Program-made: the position numbers and the translations under genes
Shown here: piece after piece, positions 12,597-26,315 of the stretch
Numbering within the stretch: position 1 is the stretch's first letter
How the letters are laid out: each line of letters begins with the position of its first letter
Origin: Chiloscyllium plagiosum
Lineage: Eukaryota
Direction: 5' to 3'
Assembly (NCBI RefSeq): GCF_004010195.1
Contig: NC_057739.1
Span: 7,297,992 to 7,361,991 of the forward strand
Length of the DNA stretch: 64,000 nucleotides
Notes under the pieces: model-generated
What the model was told of the DNA's origin: nothing
Seen by the model: the letters and a program-made list of their open reading frames with translations, nothing else
Databases searched by the model: none

Positions 12597-13400
12597 TCAG
12601 CAAAAATAGAAGCTGCTGCAAAAACCCAGCAGGTCTGGCAGCATCAGTGAAGAGAAATCAAAGTTAACATTTTGGGTCCGGTGAACCTTCCTCAGAACTG
12701 ATAGTAGCGAGGAAAATGTTGGTTTATATGCAGAAGATAATGTGTGGGGAGGGGCTAAGGAGTAAACAATAGGTAGAGATAGAGCCCAAAGAGAGAGGAG
12801 AACAGTTGGAAAACGATCTGGCTGGGAGGGTGAATAGCTGTTAATGGAGACATTTAGTGGCGAATAACAGGTAGCGTGTGATGGCAGACTATGGCATAAC
12901 AAGGCCGGATGTGTGGCGTAGGGCTCTAGGACATGGAGGAGTTCAGACCCTAAACTTATTGAACTTGATATTGAATCCGGAGGGCTGCAGGATTCCCAAG
13001 TGGAAAATGAGGTGTTGTTCTTCCAGCTTGCTCTGAGCTTCACTGCAGCACTGCGCAAGCTTGAGACAGAGATGTTGATCAGGGAACAGGGTGGTGTGTT
13101 AAAGTGGCAGGCAACTGGAAACTCAGGATCTCCTTTGCGGGCAGAACGTAGATGTTCTGCAAAGCGCTCACCTAGTCTACTCTTCATTTCCCCAAAGTAG
13201 AGGAGGCCATCATTGTGAGCAGCAAATGCAATAGACTAGATTTTGAGAAGTGTAGGTTGTGTGCTGCTTCATCTGGAAAGTATGTTTCAGACCTTGTATA
13301 CTGAAGAGGGAGGAGGTAGATTGGCAGGGGTTACACCTTCAGCAGTTGCAGGGGAAGGTCACATGTGGCTGTGGGGGTAGACAAGGGAGGGGAGGGGGAA
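12597..13400 (-). mobile_element. Penelope-like element (family B), GIY-YIG remnant plus terminal repeat
   Basis: Minus ORF KSRLGERFAEHLRSARKGDPEFPVACHFN. Terminal reverse complement cagttCTGAGGAaggttcaccggacccAAAATGTTaact is a decayed hammerhead. Confidence 0.85.
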
Positions 13401-13828
13401 TATGTGTCTAGTGGTGACATTTTGCTGGAGGTGGCGGCCACCTTGTTGGGTTGATGTTGGTGTTGGTGTTGAAGATATACTGGAACAACTTGACAAGGAG
13501 TACTGCTAGTTCTGAGCACAGTCTTTATCACAACACTTTACTGATATTTGAGTGTACAGCCGTTTTTTGATATTGCAATGGAAGGAATTGGAACAGCTAA
13601 ATGCAGTAGGATCTAGTGTTCATTTTCATTTAATTGAAAGGCTTGGATCAATAATTGTTATAGATTAAGTTGGAAAAGCAGATCTGAAGAGACTTTCAGC
13701 TCAGACTAGCTACAAAACTGCATCCATTATGAGGGTATTTTCATGAGCTTCATGGTCTTAAGAATACCATATTAAGACAGCATCTTGATACATAACAAAG
13801 GGTAGATGTCTTCACTTGTGTTCAGAGT

Positions 13829-15590
13829 AGAGAGTGTGGTTCTGGAAAAGCACCGCAGGTCAGGCAACATCCGAGGAGCAGCAGAGTCGACGTTTTAGCC
13901 CTAAGCCCTTCATCAGGAATGAGGCTAGTGGGCCTCTGGGGCTGAGATATATATGGGAGGGGGGTGAGGCTGGGGGGAAGGTAGCTGAGAGTGTGATAGG
14001 TAGATGAAAGTCGGGGAGAAGGTGATAGGGCAGAGAGGAGGGTGGAGCAGATAGATGGGAAGGATGATGGACAGGTGAAGAGGCCAGTGCCGGGTTGGAA
14101 AGTTGGGACAGGGATAAGGTGGGGGGAGGGGAAATGGGGAAACTGGTGAAATCCATACTGATCCTGTGTGGTTGCAGCGTCCTAAGGTGCAAGATGAGGA
14201 CTTCTTCCTCCAGGCAGGTGACTAGGTTTTAGTGATGGAGAAGGCCCAGGACCCCTGCATGTCCTTGGTGGAGTGGGAGGGGGAGTTGAAGTGTTCAGCC
14301 AGGAGGCAGTGGGGTTGGTTGTTGCAGGTGTCCCAGAGATGTTCTTTAAAATGATCTGCAAATTGGTGTCTGATCTCCCCGATGTAGAGGAGACCACATC
14401 GGGTGCAGTAGATGACATTTGTGGAAGTAGAGGTAAATATCTGTCAGAGTGGAAGGATCCTTTGGGGCCTTGGACCGAGGTGAAGGGAGTGGTGTGGGCC
14501 CAAGTTTTGCACTTTTTAGATTAGATTAGATTCCCTACAGTGTGGAAACAGGCCCTTCGGCCCAACAAATCCACACGGAATCTCCAAAGAGCAACCCAGT
14601 CAGATCCATTCCCCTGCATTCACCCCTGACTAATGCACCTAACACTATGGGCAATTTTGCATGGCCAATTCACCTGACCTGTACATCTTTGGACTGCAGG
14701 AAGAAACTGGAGCACCCAGAGGAAACCCACGCAGACACAGGGAGAATGTGCAAACTCCACACAGACAGTTGCCCGAGGCGGGAATTGAACCCGGGCCCCT
14801 GGCGATGTGAGGCAGCAGTGCTAACCACTGAGCCACTGTGCCGCCCAAAAGATTGGATTCCCTACAGCGTGGAAACAGACCCTTCAGCCCAACAAGTCCA
14901 CACCAACCCTCCGAAGAGTAACCACTCAGTCCAATTTCCCTCTGACTAATGCAACTAAGATTATGGGCAATTTAGCATGACCAATTCACCTGACCTGCAC
15001 ATCTTTGGACTTTGAAAAGAAACCTACACAGACACAGGGAGAATGTGCAAACTGCTCACAGACAGTCAGCCAAGGTGGGAATCAAACCCGGGTCCCTGGC
15101 ACTGTGAGACAGAAGTGCTAACCACTGAGCCACCGTGACGCCTAAGGGAGTCATGGAGGGAATGATCTCTCCAAAATGCTGATAGGGCTGGGGAGGGAAA
15201 TATATCCCTAGTGTAGGGATCTGTTTGTAGGTGGCAGAAGGGGTGGAGGATGATGCGATGTGTGGAGGTTGGTCAGGTGGAAGGTGAGGACCAGGGGGGT
15301 TTTGTCCTTGTTGCATTGAGAGGAATGGGGTTCAAAGGCGGAGGTGTGGGAATTGGAGGAGATGCACTGGCTGGGCAATTGCGATCTTTAAAGAAAGAGG
15401 CCATCTGGGATGTTCTATGGTGGAATTGGTCATCCTGGGAACAGATGAGGTAGAGGAATTGGGAATAATAGATGACGACATTTGTGGAAGTACAGGTAAA
15501 TTTCAGTACGGAAGGATCCTTTGGGGCTCTGATCGGTACTTTTCCAGCACCCCACACTCTAATCTCCAGAATCTGCAGTCCTCACTTTCT
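13829..15590 (-). mobile_element. Penelope-like element (family A) with short inverted terminal copy, interrupted by two HE1 SINEs
   Basis: Terminal repeat at 13829-13925 (-) and inverted remnant at 15540-15590 (+). Body has YCTRCGLLYIGE-like and DDQFHHRTSQMASFFKDRN remnants. Probable TSD ttca(c/g)ttgtgttca at 13811-13824 and 15591-15604. Confidence 0.82.
14516..15140 (-). mobile_element. Two tandem HE1 V-SINEs (14516-14848, 14850-15140)
   Basis: Each has the tRNA head (reverse complement GGCACAGTGGCTCAGTGGTTAGCACTGCTGCC), the V-domain (GTGTGGAGTTTGCACATTCTCCC) and a CR1-like tail. Confidence 0.93.
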
Positions 15591-16199
15591 TTCAGTTGTG
15601 TTCACAGTGGAGCACGATCCACTCAACCTCTAGTTGACTGAGCTGCTTGAATCTTGATTGAAATTAACTTCTTCTTGATGATGATGAAGCTCACTTTTAA
15701 TATCTTACAAATACTTATTTTATGTGCTGTTCCTGGCTTGGTTGTGAGCCATGTTAGATGTAAACTTTACTTCTGTTCATGTGATTAGACCCTCCATGGT
15801 AATACCTTGAGCCTGGTTTCGGTAACTACCATTCAAGTAAGCTTGGGAGTTGTGCATTGTTATTGTTCATTCATTATCGCTGACCACTTAAAAAGATGAA
15901 TTTGTACTTGTCCCATTTCACAGCAGTTTAGCAAGACATGTTCATAGTAGTTACTGGTGAAAAGGCTAACAGCCTCCCTAGATGTATCCACATTCAAACC
16001 ACTTTTAACAAGTGATTTCCATGTGGTCTGAGTTAGTCCTTTTTATCACTTCTGAACATGTCATGACTTGTATAGAGCTCTAGGTAATATTTAATGGAGT
16101 TTATCCATCATGAGTTTGCAATTATATTACATGTGGAATACAATTTTAACCAGTATATTTAACTAAGTTCGAAGAGTACTTTAAAAGGATGAACTCAGT

Positions 16200-17150
16200 C
16201 CTACCATTGTCACCTACGATGGTGGGGATCCAGGGTGGTAGTCAAGAGGTCATCAATCTACTTTGAAGGTGGTTGCAAGTGATGTGCTGGGCTTGGGGAT
16301 GGTGGTAGTCAGGAGTTGTCTTCTCTACTTAATTGTCCGAAGCCATTCAGGACTGGATGTGTCAGAAGCAGAGAACTTTGTCCTGATCCATTGGTTGTTA
16401 GATTGTTTAACTCTATAAATAGCTACCTATGCAATGCAACATGCATACAGCTCTGTGCCTTGGCCACCCAGTTTTATTTTATTCTTGGTGGCACCTATAT
16501 ACACTTTTCCACTTTCTTCATTGAACCAGTATTAGTTCCCAGGCTTGATGGTAATATTCATGTCGGAGATACACCAAACTGTGAGGTTTCAGACTGTGGT
16601 TGGGTTCAGTTTTGCTGGTGCAGATGTCCCATAGTGTCTCATGATTGCTCAGTTTTGAGCTGCAAGCTGTTACCACGTGTAACATTATCTGATGGAGTGT
16701 GACCTCTGTGAGGTCACTAGAATGGTATGGTGGTCACTCCTACCGAAGATGTGTCTTCGACAGGTGGTTTGGTGAGGACAAGATCGGGTATTTTTTTCTT
16801 CATATCAGTTCTCTCACCACCTGCAACAGACCCAAACTGTCCTTCAAATATCACCTAGCTTGATCAGTCATCTTGTTAATAGCCAGTCTAAATGGCCATG
16901 GAATTCCTCCATCCAGAGGACATTCTGGCACCTTGCTACCCTCAGTGTTTCTTCCAAGAGATGGAAGTGTACTGGTTCATCAGCAGTGCATGGTGGAAGG
17001 TGGGGGAGAGCACCTATTGACTGGGGTAAATAGGATTTAGTGTGTATCATTATGTCATGCTGTTGCCATCTCTCTGTTAGGCACAAGCTGCCAGATGCTG
17101 AGTGGTTGTCCTGGTTATATGCTAACTTTTTTTGTTGCAGTGTCATATGA
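16200..17150 (-). mobile_element. Old CR1/L2-clade LINE fragments
   Basis: Minus frame HLLEETLRVARCQNVLWMEEFHGH resembles an AP-endonuclease (LEEALRV..QNVLWVGDFN) remnant. Confidence 0.55.
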
Positions 17151-20100
17151 CTATGTAGGCTAATACAGAGGACAATTAGGAGTAAGTCATACTGCTGTGG
17201 GCCTGGAATTATGTTTAGGCCCTAAAGTGTAAGGGTGGTAGGTTTTCTTCCCTAAACAGCGTTAATGACTCAGATAGATTTTTTATGACAATCCATTCCA
17301 TGGTCACCATAGCTGCTAATGACTTTTTAATTCCAGGTGCTATCTAAATTAAAATTCTGCCAACAACTGTGGGGGAGATTTGAACTTGGGTCTGGATATA
17401 TATCCAAGGGTTACTGGTTCAGTAACAAAAGAGCCATTATAATAAAAGCAAAATGCTGAGCATCAAGGTAAAAACAGAAGATGCTGGAGAAACCCAGCAG
17501 GTCTATCATTGTCTGAGGAGAGAGGAGCAAAGTAAACCTTTCAAGTCCAATACTACAGTTCTTCGGGTCCCTTACACTACCCTACCAATAAATGGACAAT
17601 GAAACAAAGTGTTAGAAAACACTGTTCATCTGTGGAGAGACACAAGAGGTTAATGTGTTGTGTCAATAACTTCTCACCCAAATTAAATCTAATGGACTAT
17701 CCTAATTTAGAATTTTAAGAAGTAGATTTCACAGAGGGGGCTGCTTCAGTTGCTACCTGGTAGGCAAGGAGTTTGTACAAAGGCACTCAACTAAAATATT
17801 TCTGGCAAGTAGCACTGATAAAAGTCAGCTTACCTTTCACAACAACCTGTGGCATTTAGCCACCGAACAATAAGCTGCTTGCTCTCTTGAGCTTGCTAAG
17901 CGTGAGCTGGTATTTTTAGACCAAGTCTTCGTCATCAGCTGATGGAGTAATTGCTAAGGGATCGTTGATGCTGTCATCGCCTAGCAACCATAGATCACCT
18001 GTAAGCATATTTAACTGCTCTGATCATTTTCTGACTTGCTCACTTTTCATGCAATCCTTAGTTTTATATATATATATCTGAGTCAATTTAAAAATATAGT
18101 TTTAAAAATCAAAAACTGATGATTGTGTATCAGTAAACTGTTTGAGTAATTTGATAATCTTTGCAGTGAAATGCTATGGAGCTCCCAGAAGCTCAGTATG
18201 TGTGTATGGTGTGACCCTGAGCCAGTTAGAAAGGCAGGTTCCATGTTCTAATCCTGCCTGATGTAGTGTTCTGATCTGGGATGCCTGTAAGAGATTTGAC
18301 TGTGGGTACTAAACATCACTGGATGACGTAAGGGTTACCAAAAATCCCCTTAGAAGGCAGGAGTTAGTGCTTGGTGTGGATGATGTCCGAGATCAGAAAC
18401 CAGGGTCAGGTGGTGCCTCCAATGAAAGAAGGATTCTCGCCAATTTGATCATGAGCTAATGCATGCAGAATGGTCACTCGGACAATGGTTTAGAGAGTAG
18501 CTGTCCTCTCTTGATCTCATTCTTTTCAAGTGAGGAGGAGGAGCAAACAAGCTCCCCAGTATTTATTTTGTTGAAGCTATATTCATCATCTGAACTTAGA
18601 CAATGAATCCTGGTGAGATAAAAATCCATGGAGTGCTTCACCACTGACTCCATCCCTGACATAATTAGCAAGGATAACTAAAAGTGCAATCAGACACTGG
18701 AAGTTAATTTGACCCTCTAGACTTGGAGAGCACTGAAGCCTCTTGTAAAGACTTTATCTGCTGCCCTAGTTGAACATAGCCAACAGGCACTGCCCAGTAA
18801 CGGTCCTGTGTGACTCAGCACAACATTGTAGTGTATTTCTCCACTCAGACATTGATAGCAAAACACCCTTCTCTGGATTAGCCTGGATGCACTGAGTGAT
18901 CACCAGATGAAACACAATTAAAAGTTTAGGAATTGACTGGCTACAAATTCAGATTTCTTAGCACTGACATTTTGGACAAAAGGGCATTGAAGGAATTTAA
19001 GAAACGATTAATTTTCCCACTTTTGACCAGCAGGATGATAAATAGGTGTACAGAGGGGAGGATTATGCAATTTAATATTCTGTTGTTAAAGTGACCCAGC
19101 CGTCTTTAATGTCACAAAGTCTACTTGGTAAATAAACACAGTGATGTCAGCATTTAATTATTCGGTATTGAAGACTTTGCAGATTGGGGAATGCTTGTAA
19201 ATTTTAGGATTAAGGTCAGAAAATCCAGCTAAATTTATTGGATTTACTTTGTTTTTGAAATAGTAACAAATTAAAACTGTTTCAGTACCTGGTCATTCAA
19301 TCATATTCATATGTGATTAAAAATTACCATTAATTGGAAATGAGTACCATTCCGGGCTGGTTTGATGCTCAGAGTTCTTTTGTTGTTGAGAGTTCCTGAT
19401 TGGAAAACATAGTATTATCTAGAGTGATATTTGCTTTTTGTTAATTTTCTTTTTGCAACTCTGCATTAATTTCCCATTGGGATGAGGGAGGCTCACATTG
19501 CAACTCCCCACCCCCCTCCTGGACACCTCAGTTGCTTGCCCTGCCTTATTTCCCAAGGGAAAGTCAAATTTTGCTCCTTCTCTGTAGCCATATCCACACA
19601 CTGAATACAGATGTTTTCTTGTACACGCTTAAGAAATTTCTGTCCGTCCAAATGAGTGTAAACCGCAAAGGACAGAGTTGAAAAAGATACATACTGCTGG
19701 TGGGACTATTAGAATTTTTCATTTAATTGTCCTTTATGAGAAACATGTTATCATTGCAAGCATAGCAGCTTGGCTGGAAAACTTGAGCAATCATCTAATT
19801 AGAACCACCTAAACCTTCAATGAGGAACCATGCAGATATTGCATTTTCTGGGGCTCTGCTAAGCTGGGATTCACTCAGTTGGTTGAAGATAGGAATGGAG
19901 ATTTACAATAATTACGGTGTTTAAATGCTAAAATTAAAAGTGAACCGCAACACTCAATCTGAAACAGGATGGAAGTTTGGTATTTTGAGGAGTAAAAGTA
20001 ATGATAAAAAGATCCAATTGATGGGGAAGTTTTTCTGTCACAGAATTACTTGAGTCTGCTCTAGGGGTCAGTTGTAGCGTCAAGGGAAGAATCTTCACCA

Positions 20101-20231
20101 CCTTAACCAATCCATTTGAGGTAGAATGTACAGCTGCATCTGGCCAGACTTGTGTAGTCCGGCACTTGCAGTACAAAATCAGATGGTTTTGTGTTCTCCA
20201 TCATTGATCCTGGGAGACACCATTTACCGCT

Positions 20232-20313
20232 GAAAATGTGTTGCTGGAAAAGCGCAGCAGGTCAGGCAGCATCCAGGGAACAGGAGAATCGACGTTTCGG
20301 GCATAAGCCCTTC
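20232..20313 (-). mobile_element. Young family-A PLE terminal fragment, truncated within the hammerhead core
   Basis: Near-identical reverse complement of about 149-230. Confidence 0.85.
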
Positions 20314-21619
20314 CTGATCGATTTGCACACAGTAGTGTGAGAATGTGTAGCTGATACACTAATTTCCTTGCCCATTTCTTTTAATACCCTAAGTGAGAAA
20401 CCATTCAGGTGTGAAGGTACATCCAGCCTCCAACACATTGCTATTAATGTTTTTCTTATTGCATACTTCACCTTTACGAATTACAGTTTTGATAATATCT
20501 GAACTGCCTGTACATCTGGTATAGTATTCTCCTTCTTCACTAAAGTAAAATATTCATTTAGAAATCCATCAACTCATAATCCTTTGGTATTGTCCTACTT
20601 ATGTCTGTTTTTGATAAGCTCTCCTGTAGTTTTATCATTTTTCTTCCCTGATCTGTGTGCGGAAAATATTACTTTTGTCTTCATTAACACCTGAGACTTT
20701 CACACACCCACTCTGCACTCATTCTTTTCTTTGGTCTCCAATTGTTGCTTTCTGTTAGACCTGCAGTCCTTAAGTTTTGGAATTACATTTTCGTGCTTAA
20801 ACCTCTCTAACATTGATTCACTTTCCATTCAGATAGATCCCACTTTCAGTCACTTTACTATTACAATTTTATATTCAATTGGCAATTTTCTATTCCCTAA
20901 GTTAGTTTGACTGCAGCCCAAAGCCATGGTTTATGGACCTTTCACTTTCTTCTTCAGATCACATAGTGAATATTCTTATAATATGGTTATTGATTCTAAG
21001 TTGCTCCATACTGCCAAGAGGCTTCTTCTGATATGTTGCTTTTAATTACTATCCTGTGGTCTGTTATTGGGTTGAACATACCTTTTAAATGATTTGGTCA
21101 TAGAGGCATAGAGATGTACAGCACAGAAACAGTCTTCAGTCTTGATTCTATTTTATACTTGACCTATTAAATTAGAAATAGACTCTGTACTGGTTACCAC
21201 GTTTGACTGCCTGACCTTTGTATGCATAGTAATCCTTCTAATTCCTCACCATTGGGAATTTATATAAATCAGTGCAACATATCATTTCAGACCACCTATT
21301 CTCCTAAGGAGAGCCATCTTATAAAACATGTGGTCCGCTGCAAAAAGATAATCTGTAGCCCTAAATAATTGAAGAATGATTATGTGAATAACCATGGTGG
21401 GTACTGTTAAATATAGTTTTGTGGGAGCTTCTAAGTACTGGTAGTGAGTGTCTTGTGCACCCTCACCAAGTATCAACCCGTGCCAGTGATGCTTGGAAGA
21501 GCCATGTCAAATTAGCAATGTTGGTCCAATCTCCCACTTCCTGGAGAAAGTAAATCAAAATCATATAACGCATGGTTTAATCCAGGGTCTTTGATGCAAC
21601 CAATCCCTAAACCCAAGAT

Positions 21620-22040
21620 GACATGGCTCACTATTTAAGGAGCTGACACTCTTCAGAGCCGGAGGATTGCGCTCAAGTCCCATTCCAAAGACTTGAGCAC
21701 AACACCTACATTGACTCTCCAGAAAATACTTGAGGGAGTGCCACAGTTGTTCAGGTGAGATGTTAAATCAAGGCCTGATATATCCTCTCGGGTGGGCATA
21801 AAATATCTCATTGCATTATTTCAAAGAAAAGTCCAGAATTCTGGTCCTATTTAGTCCTCAGACTGCATTACTGGAGCGGATTCTCTGATCATCACAGTGC
21901 CCTTTGTGAGACCTTGCTTTTGGAAATTTAGTTGTGACTTCCAGTATGTTCTAACAGCAACTACATTTCAACAGTGCCTTACTTGTGTAATGTCTGTGGT
22001 GGTCTGAGGTTATGAAAAGCACTATATAAATGCATTTTTT
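21620..22040 (+). mobile_element. Deu-domain SINE (AmnSINE/SacSINE-like), degenerate
   Basis: ttcaagtcc-like B-box, gacttgagcac, tgagggagtgc, ggtgagatgttaaatcaaggcc and tail gaaaagcactatataaatgca. A similar copy lies at 62910-63290. Confidence 0.65.
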
Positions 22041-23212
22041 TTCCCATTGTGTGAAACGAGGCAACAGATTTCTGTTAAAAAACATTGTAGTCCAGTAGTA
22101 GGAAAGTCAGGACGTTAGATGTCAGCCATCCTTCATCCGAGAAAATATGGCCCAGAACTGTCACTGACCCTTAACTGCTTACCCAGAGAAAAGCAAAGTT
22201 AATACAATACAACGTAGAGATTATTTTTGGTCTACATTCCCTTGAGATAGTGATATTTAAGAAAGTATCTCTCTTCTTTTCCAAACCAAGGTCACTTTTT
22301 TTATGTATATCGCATTGATATATATTAGGTATAGCTATTTATGTGCTTATTGACTTTTAAGAATAGAGAGGAATCTGAGTTTGAAGGTGATACTAAATTG
22401 TAAATTGAGCAGAAAGTTACAAAGCAAGTGGGTGTAGATAAAAGAAGTCTGATGTGCTAAACATGTAAGAATGACAGATGGAAATAATGTTGAAAAGATA
22501 TTTGATGCTCCAGTGCATTTGTGAACAAAGGGATTTGAAGATAAAGTTACGTGAAAGACTAACTTGCAGGTGTAAAAATGATCAAAGCTTAGCCTCCCAT
22601 TTTTATTAAATGTATAATTAATAAAGAAATACCACCGGAGTTATTACAGAACAATTATCTGATTTCATTTGGAAAACTCTCTTTTTTGGCTGCTTACGTT
22701 TTTGAGAAAGAACATCAGGACGATATTTGAGGTTATTATGAGGAACTAAAAATGCTTTGGGCTTTGCACATGGAGAAGAAATTGTGGTTGGCGTGGGTGG
22801 GGGATCTGATCTGATCTAATTGAGATGTTTAGAAACCCTGTCAATTCCCTTTATACTTCGTGAATCTGGAAATACAACTAGTTCCTTGTCTCTAACTTCA
22901 GACTTGATGGAAAGGTATTAGGTCTGCAGACAAATGAAGGCCAAGGTCCAACAAAATACAAGTGACCTGAAGAACAGCTAGTGGGCAGGACAGGCTCAGG
23001 AAGTAAAACAACGGACTGTCAGCCATGATGTGTGTGGATTCTTCAGCACAGACAAGACCATCCACAGCTCAAGCACACAAGAACCTGTCCCACTGAGAGC
23101 TACCGACAGAGTTGTGCTTATGAACAGCAGACAGGCAGTGAGTATTCATTGGAAGTAGCACTTCGAGTATCTCCTCAACTGAGACTCTGCCGTCAATGTG
23201 AGAACCCTCAAC

Positions 23213-24010
23213 CATATCCAGAAATATTCTACTTAACAATTATCATCTCAAACCAGGATGTAGTCCAGGTGTGGCTGCACATTGGAATGATCACCTTCGG
23301 TGTCTAAGGAGTCATGAATAGTGCTGAACTTCCTGCGATCATCGGTGAACATCCCCACTTTTGATCTTCTAATGGAGGGAAAGTCATTGATAAAGCAGCT
23401 GAAGATGGTTGGACCTAGGACTATGCCAGGGAACTCTTGCACTAATGTTTGGGACTATGTGATCAACCTCCAACAACTAGAATTCCACATTTCTTTGTGC
23501 TAGGTATGAGCTCAACCAGTGGAGAATTTTCCCTCCATTTCCCATTGACTGCGATATTGCTGGAGCTCCTTAATATCACATTCCACAATCATAGAATCCC
23601 TACAGTGTGGAAACAGGCCATTCAGCCCAACAAGTCCACACCGACCCTCCAAATAATAGCCCAACCAGACCCATTTCCCCAACCCTATATTTATCCCTGA
23701 CTAATGCACCTAACCTATACATCCTTGAAAACTGTTGGCAATTTAGCACAGCCAGCTCACCTAGCCTGCACATCTTTGGACTGTGAAGGAAACCGGAGCA
23801 CCCAGAGGAAACTCACGCAGACACGGGGAGAATGTGCAAACTCCACACAGACAGTTGCCTGAGGCAGGAATCCAGCCCAGGTCCCTGGTGCTGTGAGGCA
23901 GCAGTGCTAACCACTGAGCCAGCATGCTGCCCACGGTGTTGAGGGTTTTCACACTTCCTTTGTCTCTTGAGTACAGCTCTTTTGTCCATGTTTGGACCAA
24001 GGTGGTGGTG
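23213..24010 (-). mobile_element. CR1/L2-clade LINE RT fragment, interrupted by an HE1 SINE
   Basis: Minus ORFs GIVLGPTIFSCFINDFPS..VGMFTDD and TTLVQTWTKELYSR. Confidence 0.8.
23588..23932 (-). mobile_element. HE1 V-SINE
   Basis: Full head, V-domain and tail present. Confidence 0.92.
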
Positions 24011-25815
24011 GATTCTCTGATCATCACAGTGCCCTTTGTGAGACCTTGCTTTTGGAAATTTAGTTGTGACTTCCAGTATGTTCTTTTGGAAGTGGTGGAG
24101 GAAACAAAAGCCAGAACTCTGGACATTTAGATGTAGGGCATGAAAGGTGACAGTTTGCTTTTATGTGAACTTAGAAAATCTTTGAAATGTGCTTCACAGG
24201 AGAGTAATCAGACCACAATGAATGCTAAGGTAAAGAAAGAGATATCTTGGTGTGGCCTAACAAGGTGTGTGTTGAGAGTTCTTATAAATCACCTGCACTC
24301 TCTTTTGCTTCTGTCCTTTCAGCAGGCCTCATGCACCTCATCATCTCTCATTCACACACGTGTGTGTGTGTGTAACAATAACATAAATCTAGGGGCAGGA
24401 GCTTGTTCTGGGGATTACTATCAGTGGTACACAAAGGGGGATGAGTTATTTTAGCTTGTTAAAGCATTTGACCAAAGCAGGAGTTGTGCTAACAAATAGC
24501 ACTGAAACCACACACCAATGCCATGCTTTAAAATGGGACTTGAAAGTTAATTACATCTGAACTGTGAGTTTGCGTAATTTGAAAGAACGTCCAAAGTCAT
24601 TTTGGAATTCCTTCTGCAGTACCTTCTGTTGTGTGGCCAGAGGTAACTATGAGTGTTGTGTACTAGCTTTAGCTTCTTTTTCCTTTCTTTTCACAAATTT
24701 ATTTGATAGGTATTTTCCTGCAATATATATAGCTCTTTGCCTAGAATTACTTGAACTATACTATCGGTTCTAGGGCCAAGAATTGCTCCAGGCAGATAAC
24801 AGTAAAAACTTTCACTCCACTTAAGCATGTCATTCAGCATAATACTATGAATTTGTCCAAAGACATCTGTTACCTAGGCTGTATTACTGCAGCAGTGTCA
24901 GAAATGTATTTACTACGGGAAACTATCATAGTGACAGTTTGAGCTATTTCAGAGTCTGAGGATCCAGTTAGTTCAAGAACAACATCTGGCACCATAACAA
25001 AATATGCAATGACTAAATTCTAATCCTATTGAAGAAGGTGACCCACCACCATCTTCCTGAATGACAAGGAATGGGCAGAAGATATCAATTTGTCAGAAAT
25101 GCCCTTGTCCCATGTATGATTCTGTTTTGATATGAAGTGTCAAATTTAAGACGAATAATGATGAGGGGACAGTTTGTTCAACCTTATGAGCCTCACCTAT
25201 ACAGTATGCCAACTCCTCCAACCTAGCCTTACACTCTTCTGAATATTCCAAACTTTACATCTCAGCTATTTTGTCTTATCGATAATTTAAGATGTTTATC
25301 ACAGTGTATGAACAAACTACTTCATCCTTGCAAATGATCTAAATTTATTTCTGACATTTTCATTTAAAACCCTTGATCCTATTACAACTCTTGTACTCGA
25401 ACATAAGGGCATTTCAAAACCATTTCCATTAACTTGCCAGGAACAGTGAACAGACGAGCAAGTGTTTCTGACATTGAGGTATGAGAGCCACAGCTAAAGT
25501 GTTGGTTGTGTATCGTGTAATTTAATTGATTGTAGTTGGTGGTCATTTACTGGGGACGATTGATTTGTGTGCCAGTATTTAGGGACTTGCCATCAGTGCT
25601 AGTGTTTCTACCTTTGGGCTAAGAGGTCCAGGTTCGAGTCTCCTCTGGTACAGAGGTGTGTTGCAACATGTCTGAACAGGTTGATGAAAAATAATGAAGG
25701 CCTCAGACTGTGTTTAAATATAAAGAGAAGATGCTGGAAATACTTGACAAGTTAGATATGACTGGAAACAGAATTAATGTTATAGTATCTGTGTCTTTTT
25801 AGCTGAACTCTGAAA

Positions 25816-26315
25816 NNNNNNNNNNNNNNNNNNNNNNNNNNNNNNNNNNNNNNNNNNNNNNNNNNNNNNNNNNNNNNNNNNNNNNNNNNNNNNNNNNNNN
25901 NNNNNNNNNNNNNNNNNNNNNNNNNNNNNNNNNNNNNNNNNNNNNNNNNNNNNNNNNNNNNNNNNNNNNNNNNNNNNNNNNNNNNNNNNNNNNNNNNNNN
26001 NNNNNNNNNNNNNNNNNNNNNNNNNNNNNNNNNNNNNNNNNNNNNNNNNNNNNNNNNNNNNNNNNNNNNNNNNNNNNNNNNNNNNNNNNNNNNNNNNNNN
26101 NNNNNNNNNNNNNNNNNNNNNNNNNNNNNNNNNNNNNNNNNNNNNNNNNNNNNNNNNNNNNNNNNNNNNNNNNNNNNNNNNNNNNNNNNNNNNNNNNNNN
26201 NNNNNNNNNNNNNNNNNNNNNNNNNNNNNNNNNNNNNNNNNNNNNNNNNNNNNNNNNNNNNNNNNNNNNNNNNNNNNNNNNNNNNNNNNNNNNNNNNNNN
26301 NNNNNNNNNNNNNNN
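25816..26315. other. Assembly gap (500 N), flanked by family-B PLE terminal remnants
   Basis: Run of N; cgacccaaaactttaactttg...gctgcctgatctgctgagtatttctag follows it. Confidence 1.

Noticed and set aside
14542-14949. Recurrent ORFs LAWPIHLTCTSLDCGRKPEHPEETHADTG / VAQWLALLPHS
   Set aside because: Translations of HE1 SINE sequence, not genes.
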